Part shown: positions 19,542-27,801 of the stretch, one piece after another
How the letters are laid out: the number at the start of each line of letters is the position of its first letter
Position numbering within the stretch: position 1 is the stretch's first letter
Origin: Myxococcales bacterium
Lineage (GTDB): Bacteria; Desulfobacterota; Binatia; HRBIN30; BPIQ01
Direction: 5' to 3'
NCBI GenBank assembly: GCA_037440145.1
Contig: JBBIUR010000020.1
Location: forward strand, 1-61,585
DNA: 61,585 nucleotides
The notes under the pieces: generated by a model
What the model was told of the DNA's origin: nothing
Databases searched by the model: none
What the model saw: the letters and a program-made list of their open reading frames with translations, nothing else
Program-made: the position numbers and the translations under genes

Positions 19542-20453
19542 CTATGCCTGCAAGTGGGGTTGCACCTCGCTCGCCAGGCGCCGCAGAGACGCGGCGATCG
19601 CGGCGTGTGGCGCGCCGGGAAAGGGGATGCGCCACACGATGTGGTTCGCCCCCGTCGCCCCATGTAGCCCGTGCGCGCGCTCGAGCGCATCCGGGGCCAG
19701 CCCCTCGGGGCCCAGTGGTAGGTCGGCGATCACGGCGAGCTCCACCTCGCTGCGCGCGCGCCCGGCTCGCCGCAGCCCTTCTTCGTAGGCATCCGCAGCG
19801 GCTTGCAGAGAGGGAAGGGGCGCCGGCGGCAAGACGAGCGAATAGCCGCGCTCCGCGGCAAGCGGCACGAGCCAGCGCGCGCTGGCGAGAATCCAGATCG
19901 GGGGTCGCGGCTGCTGCAGGGGTTTCGGGGTCACGGTCAGAAAATCGGGCAGTTCAGGGCCCCGCTCCCACTGCGGCCGATATGGCTCGGCGCCGAATCG
20001 CTTGCGCCGCAGGCCGGTGCCGGGCGCCGTGTGTGCCGGAAACCGGTAGTGCGTGCCGCCATAAGAGAACTCGTCGAACGCCCAGGCGGCAGCGATCAGG
20101 TCGAGCGCCTCCTGCAGGTGCTCCCGTACATCTGCCTCGGCGCCATCGGCTTCTAGGGCCGCGCCGAAGTTCAAGCGGCCTCCCGAGAGGAGGTCGACGA
20201 GCGCGAAATCTTCTGCCGTGCGCACGGGGTGTTCGGCGCCAAGTTGTTTGAATGTGCCGAGCCGGATGGCTGCGGTCCGCTTGGCGAGCGCTGCCAGCAC
20301 GATTGCCGGGGAACCCAGGGTGTCGGGCTGCCCGCGCCGGTCGGCGATCCAAACGCTGTCGATGCCGAGCCGGTCTGCCAGGCCGATTTGCTCCACGAGC
20401 TGCGAGAGCTGCTCGGGCGTGCCGCCGCTGCCGTAAAAGATGCCGACGCGCAT
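19542..20453 (-). CDS. LLM-class flavin-dependent oxidoreductase
   Basis: Motifs MRVGIFYG, IDSVWIAD, LSGGRLNFG and PLQQPRPPIW show the luciferase-like layout. Confidence 0.65.
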   Translation of the reverse strand: MRVGIFYGSGGTPEQLSQLVEQIGLADRLGIDSVWIADRRGQPDTLGSPAIVLAALAKRTAAIRLGTFKQLGAEHPVRTAEDFALVDLLSGGRLNFGAALEADGAEADVREHLQEALDLIAAAWAFDEFSYGGTHYRFPAHTAPGTGLRRKRFGAEPYRPQWERGPELPDFLTVTPKPLQQPRPPIWILASARWLVPLAAERGYSLVLPPAPLPSLQAAADAYEEGLRRAGRARSEVELAVIADLPLGPEGLAPDALERAHGLHGATGANHIVWRIPFPGAPHAAIAASLRRLASEVQPHLQA

Positions 20454-20466
20454 GGGCTCTGCGGTC

Positions 20467-21246
20467 TCAGGTGATCAGATACCCGCCATCCACGACGAGC
20501 GTGATGCCGGTGATGTAGCTCGCCGCGGGGCTAGCGAGAAAAAGGATCGCCGCGGCGATGTCCTCCGGCGTGGCCACGCGCCGCAGGGGAATTCTGGGCT
20601 CCAGGGCGGCGCGCACTCCCTGTTCGAACGCGGTGGCCGTGCCTGCGGTCAGCGTGGCTCCCGGGCAGACGGCGTTCACCGTGATCCCGTACCGGGCGAA
20701 TTCCAGCGCCGCGCTCTTCGTGAAGAGGTTCACGCCGCTTTTGGACGCGTTGTAGTGGGCGAGGCCCGGGAAGGCCGGGTGGAAAGACTCGATCGAGGAT
20801 ACGTTCACGATCCGCCCGCCCTTGCCGCCCGCGCGCATGAGGCGCGCGGCTTCGCGCGTGCAGAGGAACGTGCCGCGCAAGTTCACCTCCATCACCTGGT
20901 CCCACTCCGCAGCGGTCATGTCGAGGATCCGCTGCGACGGAAAGATCCCGGCGCTGTGGACGAGGATGTCGAGACGGCCCAGCTCCTGCTGCGTGCGGGC
21001 GAACATCTCCTCCACTTGAGCCTCCTGCGCCACGTCGGCCGAGACGGCCACTGCGCGCCGCCCTCCCCCGGCAATCTCTTCAGCGACGCGCTCCGCGCCG
21101 GCGCGATCCCGATCCCCTACGGCCACGTCCGCGCCGGCTTGCGCCAGGCGCAGCGCGGCGGCGCGCCCGATGCCGGAGGCACCCCCGGTCACCAGCGCCG
21201 CGCAGCCGCTCAAGTCGAAAAGCCGCTGAATTTCCGGATGGAGCAT
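20467..21246 (-). CDS. SDR family oxidoreductase
   Basis: ATG 21246 with AAGGAGG upstream. Motifs VTGGASGIGRA and YNASKSG (YxxxK); C-terminal VVDGGY. Confidence 0.85.
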   Translation of the reverse strand: MLHPEIQRLFDLSGCAALVTGGASGIGRAAALRLAQAGADVAVGDRDRAGAERVAEEIAGGGRRAVAVSADVAQEAQVEEMFARTQQELGRLDILVHSAGIFPSQRILDMTAAEWDQVMEVNLRGTFLCTREAARLMRAGGKGGRIVNVSSIESFHPAFPGLAHYNASKSGVNLFTKSAALEFARYGITVNAVCPGATLTAGTATAFEQGVRAALEPRIPLRRVATPEDIAAAILFLASPAASYITGITLVVDGGYLIT

Positions 21247-21280
21247 AAGCCCTCCTTTCGCAGGTGCCGAGCGCCGCGGG

Positions 21281-22426
21281 TCATCGCCGGTCCTCGCGCG
21301 CGGGGAGCAAGACGATGGCTTCGCCCGTAGTCGTGACGTCGCCGCGCTGGTTGACGGTCCACACTGCGCAGCGCACGGCGTGGCGTTTGGAGTCGATTTC
21401 CCGGTCGAGAACGAGCTTTTCCTCGACCCGCCCGTGGCACCACGTGGTGTCGCCGAGCAGGCTGAAACTCGGAAACCGCTGCGTGAGCCGGTGAAGGAAT
21501 CCGTCGTCCCCCATCCAGTTGGTGAGCATGTGGACGATCCAGCCCGTGCGCTCGTATCCGGCCTCGTACGCGCCCGGCAGGCCGAGGATCCGCTGCGAGC
21601 GCTCGTTGGACCAGTGGATGGCGACCGGCGCTTCCGGGATGCCCTGCTCGTTGATGAACGCGAGCCCCGGGTGCTTCTCGAAGAGCTCGAAGGCCAAGCG
21701 GTGGCCGACAAACCATCCTCCGGCGCCCACCCAGCTCTCGAACGCAAACTTGCTCACTTGGGTCGTCGGTCCCTTGACCACGAACGGAATCTCCTCGCCC
21801 TCGCGCACATCTTCCCACCACAGCGTTTCCGCGCCCCGCCGACGTTCCTTCTTGTAGTCGGCTTTGATCTTCTCGATTTCCTCTGGCGTGTAATGCGCGA
21901 GCTCGCGGTTTGCGTACTTGCTCGCCTGCTTCGCGGCGGCGCGCTCGAACCGGTGCCACGACGTCTTGTAGTTGGCGACGCTTTCCCCGCGCTGGTTCCA
22001 AATCGGGGTTTCGTAGTCCTGAACGACGGCGCGGCCTCCGGCGAACCGGCTCGGGACCACTTCGACCCGGCGCAGGTAGGAGCTCGAGTCGAGCACGTCG
22101 TCCAGCCGCAGGGGCTGGTACCACTCGAGCTCCGCCTCGCGCCAGATCGTATGGCAGCCAGGCAGGCCATCGGTGGCTCCGTTGGCGCGCTCGAGAAAGC
22201 CAATGATACTCGGCGGCGCGATGATCGTTCCGAAGCGGCTGCGGCGCGCGTATTCCGGGTCGAGATAGAGAGGGTTGTCGTCGCCGAGACCCAAAGCAAA
22301 GCGCCGGATCGTCTCCCGGGTCAGCCGGAGCGGGCGCCGGCGGAGCATGCTGCTGCCCTTACGCTCCACCCCGATGCGGGCTCGGAGCCGCTCGATAGCG
22401 TCATCGGTAATCTTGCCGAATTCCAC
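21281..22426 (-). CDS. MaoC-like (R)-hydratase/dehydratase with two hotdog domains
   Basis: GTG 22426 with GAGGAGG upstream. The N-terminal half has RFALGLGDDNPLYLDPEYARRSRFGTIIAPP (MaoC N-terminal type). A second hotdog-like half ends in HGRVEEK...AVWTVNQRGDVTTTGEA. Confidence 0.65.
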   Translation of the reverse strand: MEFGKITDDAIERLRARIGVERKGSSMLRRRPLRLTRETIRRFALGLGDDNPLYLDPEYARRSRFGTIIAPPSIIGFLERANGATDGLPGCHTIWREAELEWYQPLRLDDVLDSSSYLRRVEVVPSRFAGGRAVVQDYETPIWNQRGESVANYKTSWHRFERAAAKQASKYANRELAHYTPEEIEKIKADYKKERRRGAETLWWEDVREGEEIPFVVKGPTTQVSKFAFESWVGAGGWFVGHRLAFELFEKHPGLAFINEQGIPEAPVAIHWSNERSQRILGLPGAYEAGYERTGWIVHMLTNWMGDDGFLHRLTQRFPSFSLLGDTTWCHGRVEEKLVLDREIDSKRHAVRCAVWTVNQRGDVTTTGEAIVLLPAREDRR

Positions 22427-22483
22427 GGTACCTCCTCGCAGCGGATCGAGTCCGAACCAGCTTTTCCCTTGTCTCGCAGCCCC

Positions 22484-24871
22484 TCACCACGCGACTCCTT
22501 GCTCGGCCAGGTGTTGGACCTCCGCGGGGCAGAGCTTCAGCAGCTCGCCGAGCACGGCCTCGGTGTGTTCCCCCACTCGGGGCGACGGGCCCGCCGGGCC
22601 CGCTGCAGAGGCGCTGAACTGCCACGGTGTGCGGCACACCAGGCTTTTTCTGCCTTCGAAGCTCTCGGTCTCGTCCCACAAGCCGCGCGCGCGAAAGTGC
22701 GGGTGGGCGAGCACTTCTTCGATGCCGAGCACGGGCGCCGCGGCCACGCCGGCGCGCTGCAGGCGTTCGGCGAGCAGGTCGCGCGGAAACCCGGCCGTCC
22801 ACTCGGCCAGCCGGGCGTCGATTTCGCCAGCGCGGGCGCAGCGCGCTGGAGCATGGGCGAGGGTCTCGCTGCACGCCCACTCGGGCTTGCCCATCGCTTC
22901 CACCAGCGCCCGCCACTCGGCATCGCTGCCGACGGCGATGGCGATCCACTGCTCCTTGCCGGCCGCTGGGTAAATCCCGTGCGGCGCCATGTGCGGGTGG
23001 CGGTTGCCACGCCGCGCCGGAGGCTCTCCTCGCACCTGGAACTCGCAGAGGGGCTCGGCCACGAGCGCAGCAGCAGCTTCGATCTGCGAGAGGTCGATAA
23101 ACTGGCCCACCCCGGTGTTCTCCCGGTGCCACAGCGCCGCCAGGACGGCGATCACCGCTTGGATCGCCGCGTTTACGTCTCCGATGCCCAGCAGTTGCAG
23201 TCCGGAGGGCCCGGTGTCCGGATATCCCACGAGCGCTTCGAGCCCGGCGAAGCCCGTGGCAATGGTGGCGAACCCGCGCAAGTGCCGCAGCGGTCCCGAC
23301 TGCCCGGCCATGGCCATCGAGAGCGCGATGATGTCGGGCTTCGCGGCGCGCAGCGATTCGTAGTCGAGTCCGTTGCGTGCCATCACGCCGGCGGCGAAGT
23401 TGTCGAAAACGACGTCCGCGCAACTCGCCAGCCGCCGGGCCAGTTCCACGCCTTCCGATTTCTTGACGTTGATGGCCACGCTCCGCTTGCCGCGGTTCGC
23501 GTTGTGGAAAAACCGGCGCGCGTGTACCCAGTGGCGCATGAAGTCCAAGCGCTTGCGCGTCTCGATCTTGATGACGTCCATACCCAGATCCGCCAGGATT
23601 TGGCCCACCAGCGGGCCCGCCCAGTTGAAGCCGAACTCGATGGCGCGGTAGCCTTCCAGAGGGCGGCGCGGGGGAAGAGTCGCTGCGGCGCGCGGTTGCG
23701 GCCTGGGGTCCCAGCGGGGCGGGTCGGGCCGGGTTTCGGGCAGCGGTCCGAGCCGCCAGGGCGTGGCGGACATGGCGTATCCCATTCCGGGGAGCCGCAA
23801 AGTCGCCTTGCCGACGCGATAGGCGGTCCAGTAGCGCCGCGCTTCGAAGTGCGGCTCCTCCAGCAATTCGTCGGGGGTGAGGATCGGGCCCAGAACGAGG
23901 TTGGCGTCGCGTGCCATCTCCACCAGCTCGCGGCGCGTGAACTGGGTGAGCCACGGTATGAAGTACACATCGACCTCGTCGGCTCTCCGCCATCCGATAG
24001 CAACACCGTCCTGCAGTGCCGGGTCCTGTCGCGCCCAATCGGGTTCGCCCATGCAGCGGAGAAAGTTCCGCCACTGCTCGCGCGTCTGACTGGCCAGGAA
24101 GACGTATCCGTCCTTGCACGGATAAAAGCCCGAGGGGTAGATGAAGCCGTGCCGCTCGAGCCCGCGGCGGCGCCACTTGCCGCCGCTGCCGAGAACGAAG
24201 AGCGACATGCCGCCGCAGTAGAACGCCAAAACGTCCGCTTCGGCGATCTCCACTCGCTGCCCGTGGCCCGAGCGCCGCCGCGCCAGCAGCGCGGCCAGCG
24301 CGGCAGCGGCGCCATGCAGTCCCGCCTGGAGCGCGGGAAGGTCGTAGGGGAAGTGAAGTGGGGGCCGGTCTGGCTCGCCCAGGATCACGCTCGCCCCGCT
24401 TAGAGCCGACACGTGGATCTCGTACGCGCGCCAGTCGGCCAGGGGGCCGCTCTCGCCCAGCGAGCTGAGCGCAACGGCGATCAGTGCGGGATATGCCGCG
24501 CACAGGGAGTCGAGGTCGAACCCCCACGCGGCGCGCTCGCGAGGCGGCAGGTTCGTGACGAGCACGTCCGCTCCCGCTGCCAGAGCGGCGATCTGGGGAG
24601 CGTCGGCTGCCGGGTTTCCGCTCAGCTGGACGCACTGCTTTCCGGCGTTCAAGAAGGCGAACAGGGCTCCGTACTCGGCCGGTCCCCCCGGAGGGAAGGG
24701 AACGAAGCCGCGCGCTGGATCGCCGCCGGGCGGCTCGACCTTGACGACCTCTGCCCCGAGGTCGGCGAAGATGCGCGCGCAAAAGGGGGCGGAGACGCCC
24801 AGCCCGCATTCCAGCACGCGGATACCCGCCAGGGCGCTGCCGTTCTGTGACGCAGAGGTCCCAGAGCTCAT
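22484..24871 (-). CDS. tandem-fused family III (CaiB/BaiF) CoA-transferase, two complete repeats
   Basis: ATG 24871 overlaps the TGA of molybdoenzyme A2 as ATGA. The N-terminal signature occurs twice: LAGIRVLECGLGVSAPFCARIFADLGAEVVKVE and PLEGYRAIEFGFNWAGPLVGQILADLGMDVIKIE. 795 aa; the extended 1282-aa ORF is rejected. Confidence 0.75.
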   Translation of the reverse strand: MSSGTSASQNGSALAGIRVLECGLGVSAPFCARIFADLGAEVVKVEPPGGDPARGFVPFPPGGPAEYGALFAFLNAGKQCVQLSGNPAADAPQIAALAAGADVLVTNLPPRERAAWGFDLDSLCAAYPALIAVALSSLGESGPLADWRAYEIHVSALSGASVILGEPDRPPLHFPYDLPALQAGLHGAAAALAALLARRRSGHGQRVEIAEADVLAFYCGGMSLFVLGSGGKWRRRGLERHGFIYPSGFYPCKDGYVFLASQTREQWRNFLRCMGEPDWARQDPALQDGVAIGWRRADEVDVYFIPWLTQFTRRELVEMARDANLVLGPILTPDELLEEPHFEARRYWTAYRVGKATLRLPGMGYAMSATPWRLGPLPETRPDPPRWDPRPQPRAAATLPPRRPLEGYRAIEFGFNWAGPLVGQILADLGMDVIKIETRKRLDFMRHWVHARRFFHNANRGKRSVAINVKKSEGVELARRLASCADVVFDNFAAGVMARNGLDYESLRAAKPDIIALSMAMAGQSGPLRHLRGFATIATGFAGLEALVGYPDTGPSGLQLLGIGDVNAAIQAVIAVLAALWHRENTGVGQFIDLSQIEAAAALVAEPLCEFQVRGEPPARRGNRHPHMAPHGIYPAAGKEQWIAIAVGSDAEWRALVEAMGKPEWACSETLAHAPARCARAGEIDARLAEWTAGFPRDLLAERLQRAGVAAAPVLGIEEVLAHPHFRARGLWDETESFEGRKSLVCRTPWQFSASAAGPAGPSPRVGEHTEAVLGELLKLCPAEVQHLAEQGVAW

Positions 24872-27801
24872 CGGTCCCCCGTCGGATTGCGGGCACCCGA
24901 CGCGGCCGGCGCTGCGGCTATGCCGGTTGTGCCGGGAGCCCGCTCGACTTCCACCGCCACGCAGCGCGGGGTGTACGCCGGTTCCGCATAGTACATCCGG
25001 TGCTGCAAGTGCCCGTAGTCGCCGACAAGGTGCAGGGGTTTGATCGGCGAGGGCACGACCTCCTGGTGGCCCTTCCAGTGGCGAAACTGAAGCGGCTCCC
25101 AGGCGTGGTAGCTGATCACCGTGCCGGGCTGAACTGCGGGGCTGACTTTGAGCACGGCTTCGAACGCGCCGTGATCGTCGAGTCCCCGCGCCCGAGCATC
25201 GCGATCGTTCATGTAGAGGACCGGCTCTCCGCGCTGCAGCCGCAGCATGTACTCCTGATCGCGCCAGATGGCGTGGATAGACCAGCGCGTGTGGCCGCCC
25301 GTCAGGCGCAGCGGGTAGCTCCCGCCCGCTGCCGGTGGCTCCTTGTGGCAGGGTAAGGCCTCGCCCGCTTCGAGGAACCACGGGTGGTCCAGGTAAAACT
25401 GCTGCCGACCGGTCAGCGTGGGCCAGGGCTCCTTGTGCTCGACAAACCACTGCGACGGGTACACCGTGTCGCCCGGGTCGTAGTCGCTGCAGACGGCGTT
25501 GCCCGGACCGTACATACCGATGGACGCAATGCGCACGGCGCCGCGCTCGGCGGCCTCGGACCAGGAGAGGCCCGGGGTCTGAGCGGAATGGCTCAAGATG
25601 TGGTCGAGCGGCGCCCGGTCGTCTCGCCAGTCGAAGCGGCCGTGGAAGCTCCAGCGGTCGTACAGCGTCGCGAGGTCCCGCGCTTCGCCGAAGACACCGG
25701 TATAGCGCCCGACGCCTCGCTGGCGAGCGCGCTTCTGAATTTCCTCCGCGAGGCGGCCATAAATCTCCCACTCGCCCTTGGCTTCCCCGAGCGGCTCCAC
25801 CGCTTGCTCCCCGAACACGAGGTAGGGGAGGTAGCTCTGGCCGTACTTGATGCCCCGCTTTTCGTAGTAGGCCGCGGCGGGCAGTACGACGTCCGACTTC
25901 ATGGCGGTGGTGGACATGCGGAAGTTCACCGTGACGACGAGCTCCAGCTTGGGCCAGAGCACCTGCTCGGCGTGTTGCGGTGCCGCCCAGCGGCGGAGCG
26001 GGTTGGCGGCCGTGGCGAAGAAGATGCGGGGCTTCTTGTCCGCGCCGAGGTATAGCGGCATCCACTTTTTGGCCAGCGCTTCTTCGACGTACGCCGCCGG
26101 AGGCCGCCTCAGAGTCGGGTCGCACCACTCGGCTCGCCCCGCTACCTCGCGCATTCCGGCGTGGTGCCAGAGCCACAGGGCGTAGGGCTGGAACGGCCGC
26201 TCCTCGCGCGCAACTTGCCGCATGCGCTCCTCGATCTGGCGGACGCGCGGGCGGTACACCTTCAGGGCGAGCCGCTGCAGCGCGTTGAGCTCGAAACCAC
26301 TGGCCAGCGATTCGAATCCGAACAAGCCCCACATGGCGCTCAGCCGCAATCCGCCCCCGCGCTTTCCCTGATTTCCCGTCAGGGCCATGAGGAGGATCAT
26401 CGCGCGCTGCAGGAGATCGGTGTGGTAATGCTTGCAGGAGCCGAAGGAGGCGAGCAGGAGGGCCGCGCGCGCGCGCGCGAGAGCGCGCGCCACCCGGCGA
26501 ATGGTTTCGGCCCCGACTCCGGTGATTTCTGCGGCGCGCTCGGGGCGATAGTCCTGGAGCCGGTCGCGCAGGAGTTCGAAGACCGGCCGCACGGTCACCG
26601 TTTGCCCGCCGGCGGTCCGCACGGGGAATCGGCCGCGCAGCGCCGGACGGATCGGCGAGCCGAAGAAGCGGCCTGTGTGCAGCCGCAAGGACTGTGTCGG
26701 GTGGCCGAGCGAACCAGGTGCGGCGACGGGCGCGCGGCGCGCCTCGTCCCAGAAGTAGAACACGTCGTCGCGGCCGCCGTCCTTCAGATCGCTCTCGCGC
26801 AGAAAGCGCGCGGTGTCGTCGCGCACCAGAAGCGGCAAGTCGGTCTGTTCCCGCACGTACTCTTCCTGGAACAGGCCCTCGTGCACGAGCACCTGGGCCA
26901 TGCCCAGCGCCAGCGCCGCGTCCGTGCCGAGGCGGGGATGGAGCCAGAGGTCCGCGTGGATTGCAGTGGCGTTGTAATCAGGGGTCACGACGACGACCTG
27001 TGCGCCCCGGTAGCGCGCTTCCCACAGGAAGTGGGCTTCCGGAATGCGCGAGTAACTGGGATTCATGGACCAGACGAGGATGAAATCCGAGCGAAACCAG
27101 TCGTCCGCCGTGCCGTCGACGTTGACCATACCCCAGGTCTGCACCGCCCCGAGCGGCATGTCGCCCACGCCCGCCAGGGTGTCGAGGGTCGGCACTCCGA
27201 GCAGGGAAAAGAACAGCAGCTCGCCCGAGGTGTTGGGGCCGAAGTCGATGTTGGTTCCGAAGTCGTACGCAATCGCGGCGGGCCCGTCTTCGAGGCACAC
27301 GTCGATGACCTTGTCGGCGATTTTCCGCAGGGCTTCGTCCCACGAGATCCGCCGCCATTTGCCGGAGCCCCGCGGGCCCACGCGCTCGAGCGGGAACTTC
27401 AGGCGTGCGGGATGGTACGAGAGGGCGCTGTAGCAGGCGCCCTTTTGGCAGCCGCGCGGGCCGAAATCCGGCAGCGAGGAATTCGTCTGGTCGTAGACGG
27501 CTGCCTGTTCTTCGCGCCATGCGATGCCGTCTTTGACGTAGACGTCCCAACTGCATGCAGCGGCGCAGTTCGCGCGCAGGTGCGTGGCGCGCACCACGCG
27601 GTCCCACGTCCACTGCTTGCGGTAGAGGTCTTCCCAGGCGCGGTACGAGGCCACGGACGGGAGGCCGGAAGGCGAGGCGGGCTCGCTCGCACGCGCGGGG
27701 GCGGCCAGTCGCAACTGGCGCAGCGAGAGCAAGAGCGCGGCGGTGCCAGTGGTCTGGAGAAAGCGCCGCCGCGAGAGTTGGGGGTTCCAGCGCCCGCTCA
27801 C
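24868..27801 (-). CDS. Tat-signal molybdopterin oxidoreductase catalytic subunit (NarG/EbdA-like), paralogue A2
   Basis: GTG 27801 overlaps the upstream TGA as GTGA. Motifs SRRRFLQTTGTAALLLSL...ARA-SE, THLRANCAAAC...GPRGCQKGAC, GDMPLGAVQTWG, IPEAHFLWEARYRG and TPDYNATAIHADLWL. 977 aa. Confidence 0.8.
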   Translation of the reverse strand: MSGRWNPQLSRRRFLQTTGTAALLLSLRQLRLAAPARASEPASPSGLPSVASYRAWEDLYRKQWTWDRVVRATHLRANCAAACSWDVYVKDGIAWREEQAAVYDQTNSSLPDFGPRGCQKGACYSALSYHPARLKFPLERVGPRGSGKWRRISWDEALRKIADKVIDVCLEDGPAAIAYDFGTNIDFGPNTSGELLFFSLLGVPTLDTLAGVGDMPLGAVQTWGMVNVDGTADDWFRSDFILVWSMNPSYSRIPEAHFLWEARYRGAQVVVVTPDYNATAIHADLWLHPRLGTDAALALGMAQVLVHEGLFQEEYVREQTDLPLLVRDDTARFLRESDLKDGGRDDVFYFWDEARRAPVAAPGSLGHPTQSLRLHTGRFFGSPIRPALRGRFPVRTAGGQTVTVRPVFELLRDRLQDYRPERAAEITGVGAETIRRVARALARARAALLLASFGSCKHYHTDLLQRAMILLMALTGNQGKRGGGLRLSAMWGLFGFESLASGFELNALQRLALKVYRPRVRQIEERMRQVAREERPFQPYALWLWHHAGMREVAGRAEWCDPTLRRPPAAYVEEALAKKWMPLYLGADKKPRIFFATAANPLRRWAAPQHAEQVLWPKLELVVTVNFRMSTTAMKSDVVLPAAAYYEKRGIKYGQSYLPYLVFGEQAVEPLGEAKGEWEIYGRLAEEIQKRARQRGVGRYTGVFGEARDLATLYDRWSFHGRFDWRDDRAPLDHILSHSAQTPGLSWSEAAERGAVRIASIGMYGPGNAVCSDYDPGDTVYPSQWFVEHKEPWPTLTGRQQFYLDHPWFLEAGEALPCHKEPPAAGGSYPLRLTGGHTRWSIHAIWRDQEYMLRLQRGEPVLYMNDRDARARGLDDHGAFEAVLKVSPAVQPGTVISYHAWEPLQFRHWKGHQEVVPSPIKPLHLVGDYGHLQHRMYYAEPAYTPRCVAVEVERAPGTTGIAAAPAASGARNPTGDR

